DNA of 64,000 bases from Bacteroidia bacterium (GTDB lineage Bacteria; Bacteroidota; Bacteroidia; JADZBD01), in contig JADZBD010000018.1 in assembly GCA_020852255.1 (NCBI GenBank), positions 124,842-188,841 of the forward strand. The letters run 5' to 3'. A model generated the notes under the pieces. It saw only the letters and a program-made list of their open reading frames with translations, searched no databases and was not told where the DNA came from. Of this stretch, positions 47,925 through 56,570 are shown one piece after another. The translations under genes were made by a program, and so were the position numbers. Each line of letters opens with the position of its first letter. Within the stretch, counting starts at the first letter, position 1.

Positions 47925-47932
47925 TACATTTG
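47925..47932 (+). promoter_or_regulatory. -7 promoter box TACATTTG, 7 nt before the ATG at 47940
   Basis: Exact TAnnTTTG. Confidence 0.4.
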
Positions 47933-47939
47933 TCTTACG

Positions 47940-48425
47940 ATGAAACTATTTAATCGCGGCTTAGTCGGACTTTTCGTGTGGCTAACCGTGATCGTAGTCT
48001 TTCCCTCCTGTATGATGGAAAAACGGCTTTATCGGCCGGGGTACTATACGATAAGGAGCAGTTTCCGAAGCGCAAACGATAAGATCAGTGAACCCGGCAG
48101 TGTCCGGCGTTCACATGTGAATGCACCCTATGTGAACTCATCTGAAGTAGTCATTAATGAGAAGGGAGAAACGGAAGTCGTCTTCACCAGCCGCGATTCC
48201 ATAGTCCCAAATGAACAAATCACGGAATCTGTCGTTTCTTGTTCCAGAATTTCATTGTTGAAAGAACATCATCTGAAATATCCTGAGCTATTCCAAACTA
48301 GATTAGTGAGGAATAAAATTATACTAACAGGAGCAGAGGGAGAAAAACGCATCCTGCCTAAAGTTTTTATTATTGGCGGCCTCGTATTTTTGATCTTAGG
48401 AGTATACTGGCTATTGCGGAATTGA
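47940..48425 (+). CDS. hypothetical lipoprotein-like protein with C-terminal TM helix
   Basis: The start is MKLFNRGLVGLFVWLTVIVVFPSC and the C-terminal TM helix is VFIIGGLVFLILGVYWLL. An exact -7 box lies 7 nt upstream. I recognise no family. Confidence 0.4.
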   Translation: MKLFNRGLVGLFVWLTVIVVFPSCMMEKRLYRPGYYTIRSSFRSANDKISEPGSVRRSHVNAPYVNSSEVVINEKGETEVVFTSRDSIVPNEQITESVVSCSRISLLKEHHLKYPELFQTRLVRNKIILTGAEGEKRILPKVFIIGGLVFLILGVYWLLRN

Positions 48426-48637
48426 GTGGATGGCCTTTATTGATAGCGGCGGGATTGTTTTTTACAATAGCCGGACTGGCAACACGAAAGAGAAAACCTA
48501 AAAAGCCGCAAAACCAGAAAGACCCAGAAAAAACTAAACAAGGAAATCGTGTAGCCGCCTTTGTCGTGGCATTGTTTTTACTAGCCGTGATCCTTATCGT
48601 AGAACTAATAATGTTCTTAGTTCTTTCATTAGAATAG
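48422..48637 (+). CDS. hypothetical small 2-TM protein (tentative)
   Basis: 71 aa with two hydrophobic helices flanking a K/P/Q-rich loop. The TTG start overlaps the upstream stop. It could be spurious. Confidence 0.3.
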   Translation: MSGWPLLIAAGLFFTIAGLATRKRKPKKPQNQKDPEKTKQGNRVAAFVVALFLLAVILIVELIMFLVLSLE

Positions 48638-48693
48638 CACTTGGCATTTAGATTGTATGGACTCAGTTACGCCCCAATGATTAGCCTGCAAGC

Positions 48694-49764
48694 TTAACCA
48701 TTGAAAGCATAATATTCTGATTGAAGAAACTGTTTGACGTTGCCGTAGGAGCATTTCCCGAAAAGTTCTTCGCCCATTTTCGCACGAAACATTCCGTAAA
48801 GTATCTTTTCTGGTTTCTCCCGCTCTGTCATATAAAAATCTGTACCGAACATGATCCGTGAACCGCAAGCCGGATCAGCAACCGCTTCCTTTATCTTACC
48901 GTGATGTTTAGTATTCCATAGCGAATAGGAAACATCCGTGAATACATTATTCTCCGGGCGGGAGATCATTCGTTTGATGCGATGATACCAGTTGTCGGCT
49001 GATGGCTTTTCCATCTCATAAGTTCCCCCGAAATGGGCCAGGCAGAATTTGAGACGAGGATGCTTTTTTAAGAGAATTTCAAAACAATCCGGGTGCATGA
49101 AATTATCGCGGAATAATTTCATCGGTGTCTTTGTAAATTCCAGACCAGGATGCGGGTTCAGCCACTCCGTTTTTATCTCACCCTTATAATATACACCGCC
49201 ACCCTGGTGGCAATGGAAGAGAAGCGGAATTTGCTTTTCAGAAGCCCAGCTGTAAAGATCGTCCAGCTTTTCATCAAATGGAAAAAAGCCAAGCGGAGTG
49301 TAGAGCTTCAGTCCGTGAAAACCCTTTCCTTCAATTTGCTTTCGTGCAAACTCCTTCAACTCCTTTCCGCCCGATCGCCGGGGATCAATCGCCAGAAATG
49401 GAATCAGCGTATTAGGATACAATTTTTTAAGTTCTGCAACCTCATGGATCTGGGTCAGGTAATTTCGTTTGGCGGTGCCTGCGCCCATGTGATCCATGTC
49501 CATAGTGAGTACCACAAATTTTGTTCCTGTGGGATATTGTTTCTGAAGATCTGTAAAGATCAGTTCCTGCCAATCTTCTGAATTATACTTCAGAAATTGC
49601 GCCTGTTTTTTCAAAAAATCTACTTCACTTCGCATGAGTAATTCAACCAGTTTTCCGGTAACGCGGTTCGACTGGAGCAATCGGTAAAGCCCGGGATGAT
49701 TCAGGAAGCGGTCCGGAACGCATTCAAGATTAAATATATGCGTATGACAATTGTAGATGATCAT
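48694..49764 (-). CDS. metal-dependent amidohydrolase (Amidohydro_2/TIM-barrel-like)
   Basis: 356 aa with the N-terminal HxH (NCHTHIF), internal His residues (LFHCHQGG, CLAHFGG) and a late Asp (MFGTDFY), in the order expected for amidohydrolase metal ligands. Confidence 0.65.
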   Translation of the reverse strand: MIIYNCHTHIFNLECVPDRFLNHPGLYRLLQSNRVTGKLVELLMRSEVDFLKKQAQFLKYNSEDWQELIFTDLQKQYPTGTKFVVLTMDMDHMGAGTAKRNYLTQIHEVAELKKLYPNTLIPFLAIDPRRSGGKELKEFARKQIEGKGFHGLKLYTPLGFFPFDEKLDDLYSWASEKQIPLLFHCHQGGGVYYKGEIKTEWLNPHPGLEFTKTPMKLFRDNFMHPDCFEILLKKHPRLKFCLAHFGGTYEMEKPSADNWYHRIKRMISRPENNVFTDVSYSLWNTKHHGKIKEAVADPACGSRIMFGTDFYMTEREKPEKILYGMFRAKMGEELFGKCSYGNVKQFLQSEYYAFNG

Positions 49765-50810
49765 GTTTGGGATTTGATCAGGTTGCGGACCGCCAGTAAG
49801 CGTTTCAGAAATTCAAACCAGTAAGGAGCTCCGAAAGACACGGCAATTGTGGTGAACGCCCATCCCATCAAACGAAACGGGGTAATGGTGGATAGGTAAA
49901 GCACGAGCACATTCCCATAAAAATTTATCCTGGATTTTTGAACGAACAGCCAACGATCAACTCCGGTTAAATGCTTCCCGGCAAGTTCTTTTACATTTTT
50001 AAACTCGTTGTACATGTTCCGAAATTCAAGCGATTGCTTATCCCAGCCGATAGGCAAACTGAGCATTCCTACGGCCCGGTACGTTTCCCGGATACGTTCG
50101 ATTTGTAGTTTAAGGGAACTGTCAGTTACTGCTCCGGGGGGCTGTGTATAATTTTCCGCTGCCGCCAGCACTGACTGTCTGAGAACAGCGTTATTCCAGA
50201 GGTTAACCGACAGGTCTATGGTATCCACGTTCATGAATAAGGTGAGTGCAGCGGACAGGATCAGTATCCGCCATTTTGTTTTTCTCCGGTACCATCCGCT
50301 AACACGGTCCATGTATTCGTTGAACCAGCTTTCGGTCTGAGCTTTCAGCAGATCGTACGATCCGTTGGAATTACGCAAAAAGACCATCAGTTTTCCCTTA
50401 AGCTGGCTTTCATTCATGCTGTTTAGCCCTGCTTCAAATTCTTTCAGGGGGTCAGCGGTTAATCCGGTATCAACTGAAATGCGGTCGCCTTCTACCTGTG
50501 TCCGGAAGGTTCTTGCCTGTGCGGCAATTACATCCGTCAATGCCATGGCAAAGGTTCCGGAGGAGATATAGGAGGGAGGGCGCTTTTGAGAAAACTTTAG
50601 TACATCAATGAGGGGATGATCGTAAAGCAATTCCGCATAATTTTTATTCATGGGATCGTTCAGAGCGCGCTGGAGGGCATCCCGCAGAAATTTACCTCGT
50701 TTTGAAATCACAGTAGTGATGAATTCTCCCGCTGCGGAAACCATGATGGCCATTAGCAGGAAAACAAAAACCAATCCGATGCCTACCTCAAGAAATTGCG
50801 AGTGATTCAT
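49761..50810 (-). CDS. conserved-looking hypothetical 3-TM membrane protein
   Basis: 349 aa with TM helices near residues 8-30, 180-200 and 305-330, and the C-terminal motif SFGAPYWFEFLKRLLAVRN. It lies 1 nt after lolD and has an ATGA overlap with the amidohydrolase. Confidence 0.5.
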   Translation of the reverse strand: MNHSQFLEVGIGLVFVFLLMAIMVSAAGEFITTVISKRGKFLRDALQRALNDPMNKNYAELLYDHPLIDVLKFSQKRPPSYISSGTFAMALTDVIAAQARTFRTQVEGDRISVDTGLTADPLKEFEAGLNSMNESQLKGKLMVFLRNSNGSYDLLKAQTESWFNEYMDRVSGWYRRKTKWRILILSAALTLFMNVDTIDLSVNLWNNAVLRQSVLAAAENYTQPPGAVTDSSLKLQIERIRETYRAVGMLSLPIGWDKQSLEFRNMYNEFKNVKELAGKHLTGVDRWLFVQKSRINFYGNVLVLYLSTITPFRLMGWAFTTIAVSFGAPYWFEFLKRLLAVRNLIKSQT

Positions 50811-50811
50811 A

Positions 50812-51462
50812 TCAGAGGATTCTTCCGTCTTTCATTTTGAGTATACGGTCCGCCCTGGCCGCCAGTTCTTCGTTGTGTGTAACGATCACGAAGGTTTGAC
50901 CAAGTTTTTCACGAAGCTGGAAGAAAAGATCATGCAATTCACGCGCGTTTACCGAATCGAGATTACCGGAAGGTTCGTCAGCAAATATCACCGATGGATC
51001 ATTAATAAGCGCACGGGCCACAGCCACCCTTTGCTGCTCACCGCCGGAGAGTTCGGCCGGCTTGTGTTCTGCACGTGCAGTGAGTCCGAGGATTCCCAAT
51101 AGCTCCTTTGCCTTTGCTTCTGATGCGTGTTTATCCTTTCCTCCGATGAAGGCAGGAATGCAGATGTTTTCAAGGGCGGTAAATTCGGGGAGGAGATGAT
51201 GAAACTGAAAAACAAAGCCCATATTCCGGTTCCGGAATGCGGCCAGCTTTTTTTCAGGCAGTTTGGAAATATCTTCCTCCTGAAACCGAACGCTTCCCGA
51301 ATCGGCCTTGTCCAGTGTGCCCAAGATATGGATAAGAGTGGATTTTCCTGCGCCGGAAGCCCCTGTCACTGATACCACTTCCCCCTTATGGATATCAAGA
51401 TCTACCCCCTGTAAAACACGAAGCGACCCGTAGGATTTGCATATGCCTCTGGCACTGATCAT
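50812..51462 (-). CDS. lolD: ABC transporter ATP-binding protein, LolD/MacB-type
   Basis: 216 aa with Walker [10 protein letters not shown], the signature [15 protein letters not shown], Walker B IFADEP and the [15 protein letters not shown] block. Confidence 0.8.
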   Translation of the reverse strand: MISARGICKSYGSLRVLQGVDLDIHKGEVVSVTGASGAGKSTLIHILGTLDKADSGSVRFQEEDISKLPEKKLAAFRNRNMGFVFQFHHLLPEFTALENICIPAFIGGKDKHASEAKAKELLGILGLTARAEHKPAELSGGEQQRVAVARALINDPSVIFADEPSGNLDSVNARELHDLFFQLREKLGQTFVIVTHNEELAARADRILKMKDGRIL

Positions 51463-51493
51463 GGATGTAAAAATAACGTTGATTTTCGGATCA

Positions 51494-53977
51494 TCAGGCT
51501 TTCCGGCTTATTCTTTTCCTCAGAATATGATTATAGTCCAGGTAATAGGATACTTTAACAGACAGGGTGTTGGTCTGGGGAGATTCGAATGTACGTTCCA
51601 GGTAGTCAAAATAAGTTGGAAGCAGAGATGCTGCCAGTTCATCGGAGTAGATGGAATTTTTATAGGATACGGTAAGCATACTTCCCGGTGCAAATTGCCA
51701 ATAGAACGTAGCGTCAATATTGAATGCCGTGAAGCTGTAATCATTATTCTCTGTATACCAGGGGGCAGGATCCAGCATGCCTTCGTTGTTCAGCATCCAG
51801 TATTCCAGGTAATGTCCGGTGGTCCAGTAGTGCCGGCCGGACAGGAAGAATTGCATGTCGTTTTTAAAGGTATATTTAAGGGACAGGCCGTTTGAAATGG
51901 TTTTGATATCCCTTGCCCCGAAGATCACATTACCGGCCGAATCGAAATTGGCGAACCCCGGATTATAAGGATCCCTGTTCCAGTTGAAGCTGTAGTTCAT
52001 CGTAAACCGGTTGCTGAAGCGGAAGCGGGGAGAAAGATGAAATCCTGCGCCGGGTGCAGCCTTAAAATCGTACAGGTTGGCAGGCATGAAGTTCCCAAAA
52101 TTCCCGCCACCATCAACAGCCAGCTTTTTACGATAATCAGAGCTAAATCCTGCATTTAAAAAGTACCATTCGTAATTTCTCCAGTACATGCCCTCAACAC
52201 GGGGTTCGTAATAATCATAGGACGAGCCTATGGCCATTGCTCCTCCGGAATAAACTGAAAAATAATTCAGCAATGTTCCGAAAAAGAAGAAGTCAATGCT
52301 GCTGTTGGTCATCCTTCCGGTACTCAGGTTATACGCATACTCGTAGCCCAGTTCCTGATTACTTTGCCTGAATACCTTACCTGGTTCAAAGGTCCGGTGG
52401 CTGATACCTGTTTCGAAGTTTCCGAAATTTCCGAACTGCTGGTAGCCGAGATCACTGGGGTCGTATTCGCGGCTCATGTAGAGGTAATTGAGATAGGCTT
52501 CCCAGTGTCCGCCCTGTTTCCTAAGGCTAAAGTATCCGGCAGGTCCGAATTTCACCTTGGCATAGTTCTTAACCGTATCCGCAGTATAGATCTGTGATGC
52601 TCCTCCATTGGCCTCAAAAACCAGCGTGTTCTTCTTGTTTTCGAGTTTGAATCCTACTGCCGTTACATTGGCGTCGTTCCAGGCCGCATCGCGCATCACA
52701 TTCGTGTTCATGAAATACACATTCGAGTTATTTTTAAGCTGCTGATCGAATACCACAATGTTATAATTAGCAAAAGGTTCAGTCAGCAGCTTCCGGCGGT
52801 TACCGGCACTGTCCTCAATAATTGCATTCATCTCGCCGGTAACTGCATTCAGAATTCCGATTCCGAGCTTGCTTTCTGTTCTTCCTGATATCTTAAAAGC
52901 GTTGAGCAGATTTGTCCGGTTGGGATTCTTAATGATCTTATCTGTGGGATCAATCATCGAGGAAACAGAATAAAAATAAGTTGGCGTTTTACCAATCCGG
53001 CGGGAATAAAACATCATGTTTTTCGAAAACAACTCCGTTCCCTCATTGAAGAATGCCCGATTCTCCCCGTAGGTAATCTCCCGGTAACTCAGGTTTTTAA
53101 CTTTATTATCACTGGCAACCTGACCAAATTCCGGAAAAAGAATCATATCCAGTGTGAAACTCTCATTGAGCCCATACTTAATGTCGGCACCCGCATTATA
53201 ACTGTACACATTGGTGTATCCCACACTGCCATCGCTGTTGTACTCCGGATTCGATTCAAAACCCGCCGCCAGATAGGGTGACACAGAAAGGCGTACCGGC
53301 GGCTTAATATTTTTAATCCCTGTAATGGTACCCCAGAATTTTTGATACACAGTTTCCCCGTTGGGAATGTAGGCCCATTGCAGGGCTTCTCTGTTCCGTC
53401 GTATTTCGCGGTTGATCTGAAAGGCCCATTCCTGCTCCGGTTTATTGGGGAAGCGAATGGCGCTATACGGAATACTTATTTCAGCACACCAGCCTTTGTC
53501 TGTGATGCGGACATGACTGTGCCATACGGCATTATAGGTGTAATCACTTAATTTGTTATCACTCTGCAATCCGGAAGCGCTTACCCCGAAAACAAAGGCG
53601 TCCTGGCGGGAATTGTAGGTATCAAATTTTACCGAAAATGCATCTGCATTCAAATCCCAGTAGTCACGTGATCCCAATTCACGCAGAATGCTGTCGGGAT
53701 GCGTATCGTACATATAGGCATAGATGTAAATAGCGTAATCATCGTAAAGCAGACGCACATCGGTTTTCTGCGTTGGTGCAGCTTTGTCAACAGGCAGTTT
53801 TTGAATGAAATCAGTGATCGCCTCCGCCTTGCTCCAGCATTCGTCGTTCAGGTCACCGTCTATTTTGGGAGGCTTATCGGTGCGCTGAATAGGATAATGT
53901 TTCAGTGTGTCTGCTACCTGCGCTGTCAAAACGAATGAGTACAAAACAGGAATGATGAAGGAAAGCAGATATTTCAT
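51494..53977 (-). CDS. DUF5916 / CBM9-like outer-membrane protein
   Basis: Signal peptide from MKYLLSF. The N-terminus [21 protein letters not shown] is like carbohydrate-binding family 9, and it is followed by a long beta-rich region typical of DUF5916. Confidence 0.6.
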   Translation of the reverse strand: MKYLLSFIIPVLYSFVLTAQVADTLKHYPIQRTDKPPKIDGDLNDECWSKAEAITDFIQKLPVDKAAPTQKTDVRLLYDDYAIYIYAYMYDTHPDSILRELGSRDYWDLNADAFSVKFDTYNSRQDAFVFGVSASGLQSDNKLSDYTYNAVWHSHVRITDKGWCAEISIPYSAIRFPNKPEQEWAFQINREIRRNREALQWAYIPNGETVYQKFWGTITGIKNIKPPVRLSVSPYLAAGFESNPEYNSDGSVGYTNVYSYNAGADIKYGLNESFTLDMILFPEFGQVASDNKVKNLSYREITYGENRAFFNEGTELFSKNMMFYSRRIGKTPTYFYSVSSMIDPTDKIIKNPNRTNLLNAFKISGRTESKLGIGILNAVTGEMNAIIEDSAGNRRKLLTEPFANYNIVVFDQQLKNNSNVYFMNTNVMRDAAWNDANVTAVGFKLENKKNTLVFEANGGASQIYTADTVKNYAKVKFGPAGYFSLRKQGGHWEAYLNYLYMSREYDPSDLGYQQFGNFGNFETGISHRTFEPGKVFRQSNQELGYEYAYNLSTGRMTNSSIDFFFFGTLLNYFSVYSGGAMAIGSSYDYYEPRVEGMYWRNYEWYFLNAGFSSDYRKKLAVDGGGNFGNFMPANLYDFKAAPGAGFHLSPRFRFSNRFTMNYSFNWNRDPYNPGFANFDSAGNVIFGARDIKTISNGLSLKYTFKNDMQFFLSGRHYWTTGHYLEYWMLNNEGMLDPAPWYTENNDYSFTAFNIDATFYWQFAPGSMLTVSYKNSIYSDELAASLLPTYFDYLERTFESPQTNTLSVKVSYYLDYNHILRKRISRKA

Positions 53978-53999
53978 TTGTCGCTGTTTCTTGACTTTT

Positions 54000-55898
54000 C
54001 TACGGGATACGAAGTCCAATCACCAATATATCATCCACCTGCTCAAAGTCACCCATCCAAACGCCAAGAGAAGATTCCAGTACCGTGAGCTGATCAGACA
54101 TGGGCTTATGGGCCGCTGCAAGAACAAGGTCTTTGAAATTCCGTGTCATCAGTTTCTTCCCTTTCTCTCCGCCAAACTGGTCTGCGTAACCATCGGTGTG
54201 TAAATAAACGCAGTCACCCTTCTGAAGATCAATCGTATGTGTTTCAAATTCCTGAGTCAGTGAAGTAGTTCCCCCGATCGCATGTTTGGTAGGGCGGAAT
54301 TCTAACAGCTGTCCGTCCCGGACGATCCACAATGGGCGGTTGGCTCCCGCATATTCCAGTTTCATGGCGGGGGCATCTATCGCCGCCAGGCAAATATCCA
54401 TCCCGTCTCTCGAAACAGCTTCTTCCTCATCCTGCCGCAATGTATCCTTGATTCCCATATTGACAAGCGAAAGAATATCCCCAGGGCGCGAAATCGAAAT
54501 ATCAAGAATGGCCTGGTTCAGGCGATCAATACTCATCATGCTCATAAACGCCCCCGGAACACCGTGCCCGGTACAATCGGCTGCGGCAATCAGGTGCTTG
54601 TTACTTCGTCGAGAATACCAGTAGAAATCTCCGCTCACTACATTACGCGGGCGGTAAAGGATGAAAGAATCAGGAAACGGATCATTGATTTGCTCATTGG
54701 CAGGAAGCAGTGCATTCTGCAAATGCCTGGCATAAGAAATACTGTCGTTGATTTCTTTACTCTTTTCCTGAATGATTTCTTTCTGCCGTACCACTTCCGC
54801 TGTGCGCTCGTTCACTTTCTCTTCCAGGTGGTTGTACAGGCTCGCATTTTCCAGGGCAATGGCAGCATAGGTGCCCAGTGTTTGCAGAATACTGATATGG
54901 TAAGGCGTATAAGCGTGTTTTTTAAAGCTTTGTACCGTAATCACACCAACCACCCGGTTTTCAAGAACCAGGGGAAAGAAGATCAGCGAGTGAGGCATAT
55001 CGCCACTGACTACCTTGATCTGTTTTACATAATGGTGGTATTCGTTCAGATTGTCGTTTATAAAGATGACTTTCTTGTCTTTGATACATCGAACGGTATA
55101 ATTGTCGTCATCGTCCATCGGAACCATTACCGGTTCGTATTCATGACCGTTCTCCACCTCGAATTTATATTCCACGGTATTCATCGCCGGATGGTAAATG
55201 CGTATTCCGAAACATTCCGCTGGCATCAGCATATTTACATTCTCATAGATCTTGTGAAGGATCACATTGAAGTCAAGGGCGCTGGTGAATTGCTGTCCGA
55301 TTTCGCTCAGCAGCCTGGTATTCCGGTAATTTTGTTCGATCTCCTCAGTTCTTTTTTTCACTTCGCTTTCTATCGAACGGTAAATACCTGCGTTCTCAAG
55401 AGCAATGGCGGTATACACAGCCATGTTCTTTAACAGCATCTGGTCATATTGGGTAAAGGCGTTCTTTTTAAAACTCTGGACAGTAATTACTCCAATGGTC
55501 TTATTCTTCGTTTTCAGCGGAAGATAAATGATGCTGAGTGTCTGCTCTCCAACTGCAGGAGTTTTAGCCGAAGTCACATACTGGTTGATCTCCGTGTAAA
55601 AATCGTTGATTAAAATATCCTTGTCATCGTTCAGGCATACCACCGCCAGCCGGCCTCTGTCATTAAGGTTGTAGCGCGCTTCCGGTAACTTTTCACCTTT
55701 CTCAATGTACCCGGGGAAAACAAGTTGTCCGGCATCCACATCAACGAAGCCGATGCCGAAACCCGCGGCGTCCATGAGGCTGTTCACATTCTCATAAACC
55801 GTGTCATTGATTACCTCCACGCTTAAGCTGGAAGTAATCTTACGCCCGATCTCGTTGAGCGTATTTAACGTCTGATGTATGTCTTCTGCTGAACGCAT
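54000..55898 (-). CDS. GAF-GAF-PP2C (SpoIIE-type) serine phosphatase
   Basis: It has two GAF-like modules, each ending in VITVQSFKK...AIALENA. A PP2C domain follows (SGDFYWY, DCTGHGVPGAFMSM, DGMD, TDGYADQFG). Confidence 0.85.
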   Translation of the reverse strand: MRSAEDIHQTLNTLNEIGRKITSSLSVEVINDTVYENVNSLMDAAGFGIGFVDVDAGQLVFPGYIEKGEKLPEARYNLNDRGRLAVVCLNDDKDILINDFYTEINQYVTSAKTPAVGEQTLSIIYLPLKTKNKTIGVITVQSFKKNAFTQYDQMLLKNMAVYTAIALENAGIYRSIESEVKKRTEEIEQNYRNTRLLSEIGQQFTSALDFNVILHKIYENVNMLMPAECFGIRIYHPAMNTVEYKFEVENGHEYEPVMVPMDDDDNYTVRCIKDKKVIFINDNLNEYHHYVKQIKVVSGDMPHSLIFFPLVLENRVVGVITVQSFKKHAYTPYHISILQTLGTYAAIALENASLYNHLEEKVNERTAEVVRQKEIIQEKSKEINDSISYARHLQNALLPANEQINDPFPDSFILYRPRNVVSGDFYWYSRRSNKHLIAAADCTGHGVPGAFMSMMSIDRLNQAILDISISRPGDILSLVNMGIKDTLRQDEEEAVSRDGMDICLAAIDAPAMKLEYAGANRPLWIVRDGQLLEFRPTKHAIGGTTSLTQEFETHTIDLQKGDCVYLHTDGYADQFGGEKGKKLMTRNFKDLVLAAAHKPMSDQLTVLESSLGVWMGDFEQVDDILVIGLRIP

Positions 55899-55939
55899 AA
55901 GCCGGCCGCAGGCGCAAGTTAATAAAAAAACGTAACGTG

Positions 55940-56533
55940 TTAAATTTCAGGTTTATAAAGATACTCGATAATATCTTCTCTTGAAGTTTCCTTCCACTCC
56001 CCCGGTGACAGATTGCCGAGCGTAATACCCCCTACAGATGTTCTGATAATCCGGAGAGAGGGAAGGTTCAGTGTAGCTGTCATTTTCCGAATCTGCCGGT
56101 TTTTTCCCTCTGTAAGTGTTACCCGTATCCATTGCAGTTTCCCAGGGCTTCGGGCCTTTATGGGAAGATCAAGGGAGGTAACGGAAGGTGTTGATTGAAG
56201 AAATTCGATGGAATCGAAACGGCAGGGATAGGAGGAACCCTTCAGCCGGATCGTAACAGTGCCGGATAATTTTTCCTTCATTCCTTCATCCGGTTTTCCA
56301 TCGAGCAATACGAGATAAGTCTTCCGGATTTTTTGTTCCGGCCGGAGTATTGTTGCATTTAACTCAGGGTCATCGGTGAGCAATAAGAGTCCTTCACTGT
56401 TCATATCCAGACGACCCACAGGGTACACAGCCTTAGGTAATTTCCTATGTAAATCAGCGAACGAAGGGTTTCCGGCTTCCGGCGTAAACTGCGAAAGCAT
56501 GCCATAGGGTTTATGTAGCAGAATATACTTCAG
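55940..56533 (-). CDS. rluE: 23S rRNA pseudouridine synthase RluE-like (start codon uncertain, possibly CTG at 56533)
   Basis: GRLDMNSEGLLLLTDD, GKNRQIRKM and overall collinearity with E. coli RluE. The conserved first strand KYILLHKPYG is encoded upstream of the first ATG (56500). Confidence 0.75.
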   Translation of the reverse strand: MKYILLHKPYGMLSQFTPEAGNPSFADLHRKLPKAVYPVGRLDMNSEGLLLLTDDPELNATILRPEQKIRKTYLVLLDGKPDEGMKEKLSGTVTIRLKGSSYPCRFDSIEFLQSTPSVTSLDLPIKARSPGKLQWIRVTLTEGKNRQIRKMTATLNLPSLRIIRTSVGGITLGNLSPGEWKETSREDIIEYLYKPEI

Positions 56534-56553
56534 GGGGTCTGATTTATATTCCG

Positions 56554-56561
56554 TAAATTTG
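56554..56561 (+). promoter_or_regulatory. -7 promoter box TAAATTTG for the DUF3857-M16 operon
   Basis: Exact TAnnTTTG, 9 nt before the ATG at 56571. A near-match TAATTTTA sits on the opposite strand at 56564-56571, facing rluE. Confidence 0.4.
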
Positions 56562-56570
56562 TATAAAATT

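Noticed and set aside
54564-55433. A 289-aa ORF on the plus strand.
   Set aside because: It lies entirely antisense to the well-supported GAF-GAF-PP2C gene. The sequence is low-complexity and hydrophobic with no recognisable motifs, so it is a typical shadow ORF. The same reasoning applies to 41266-41817, 16666-17208, 34564-35091, 36814-37275 and 56544-57053.
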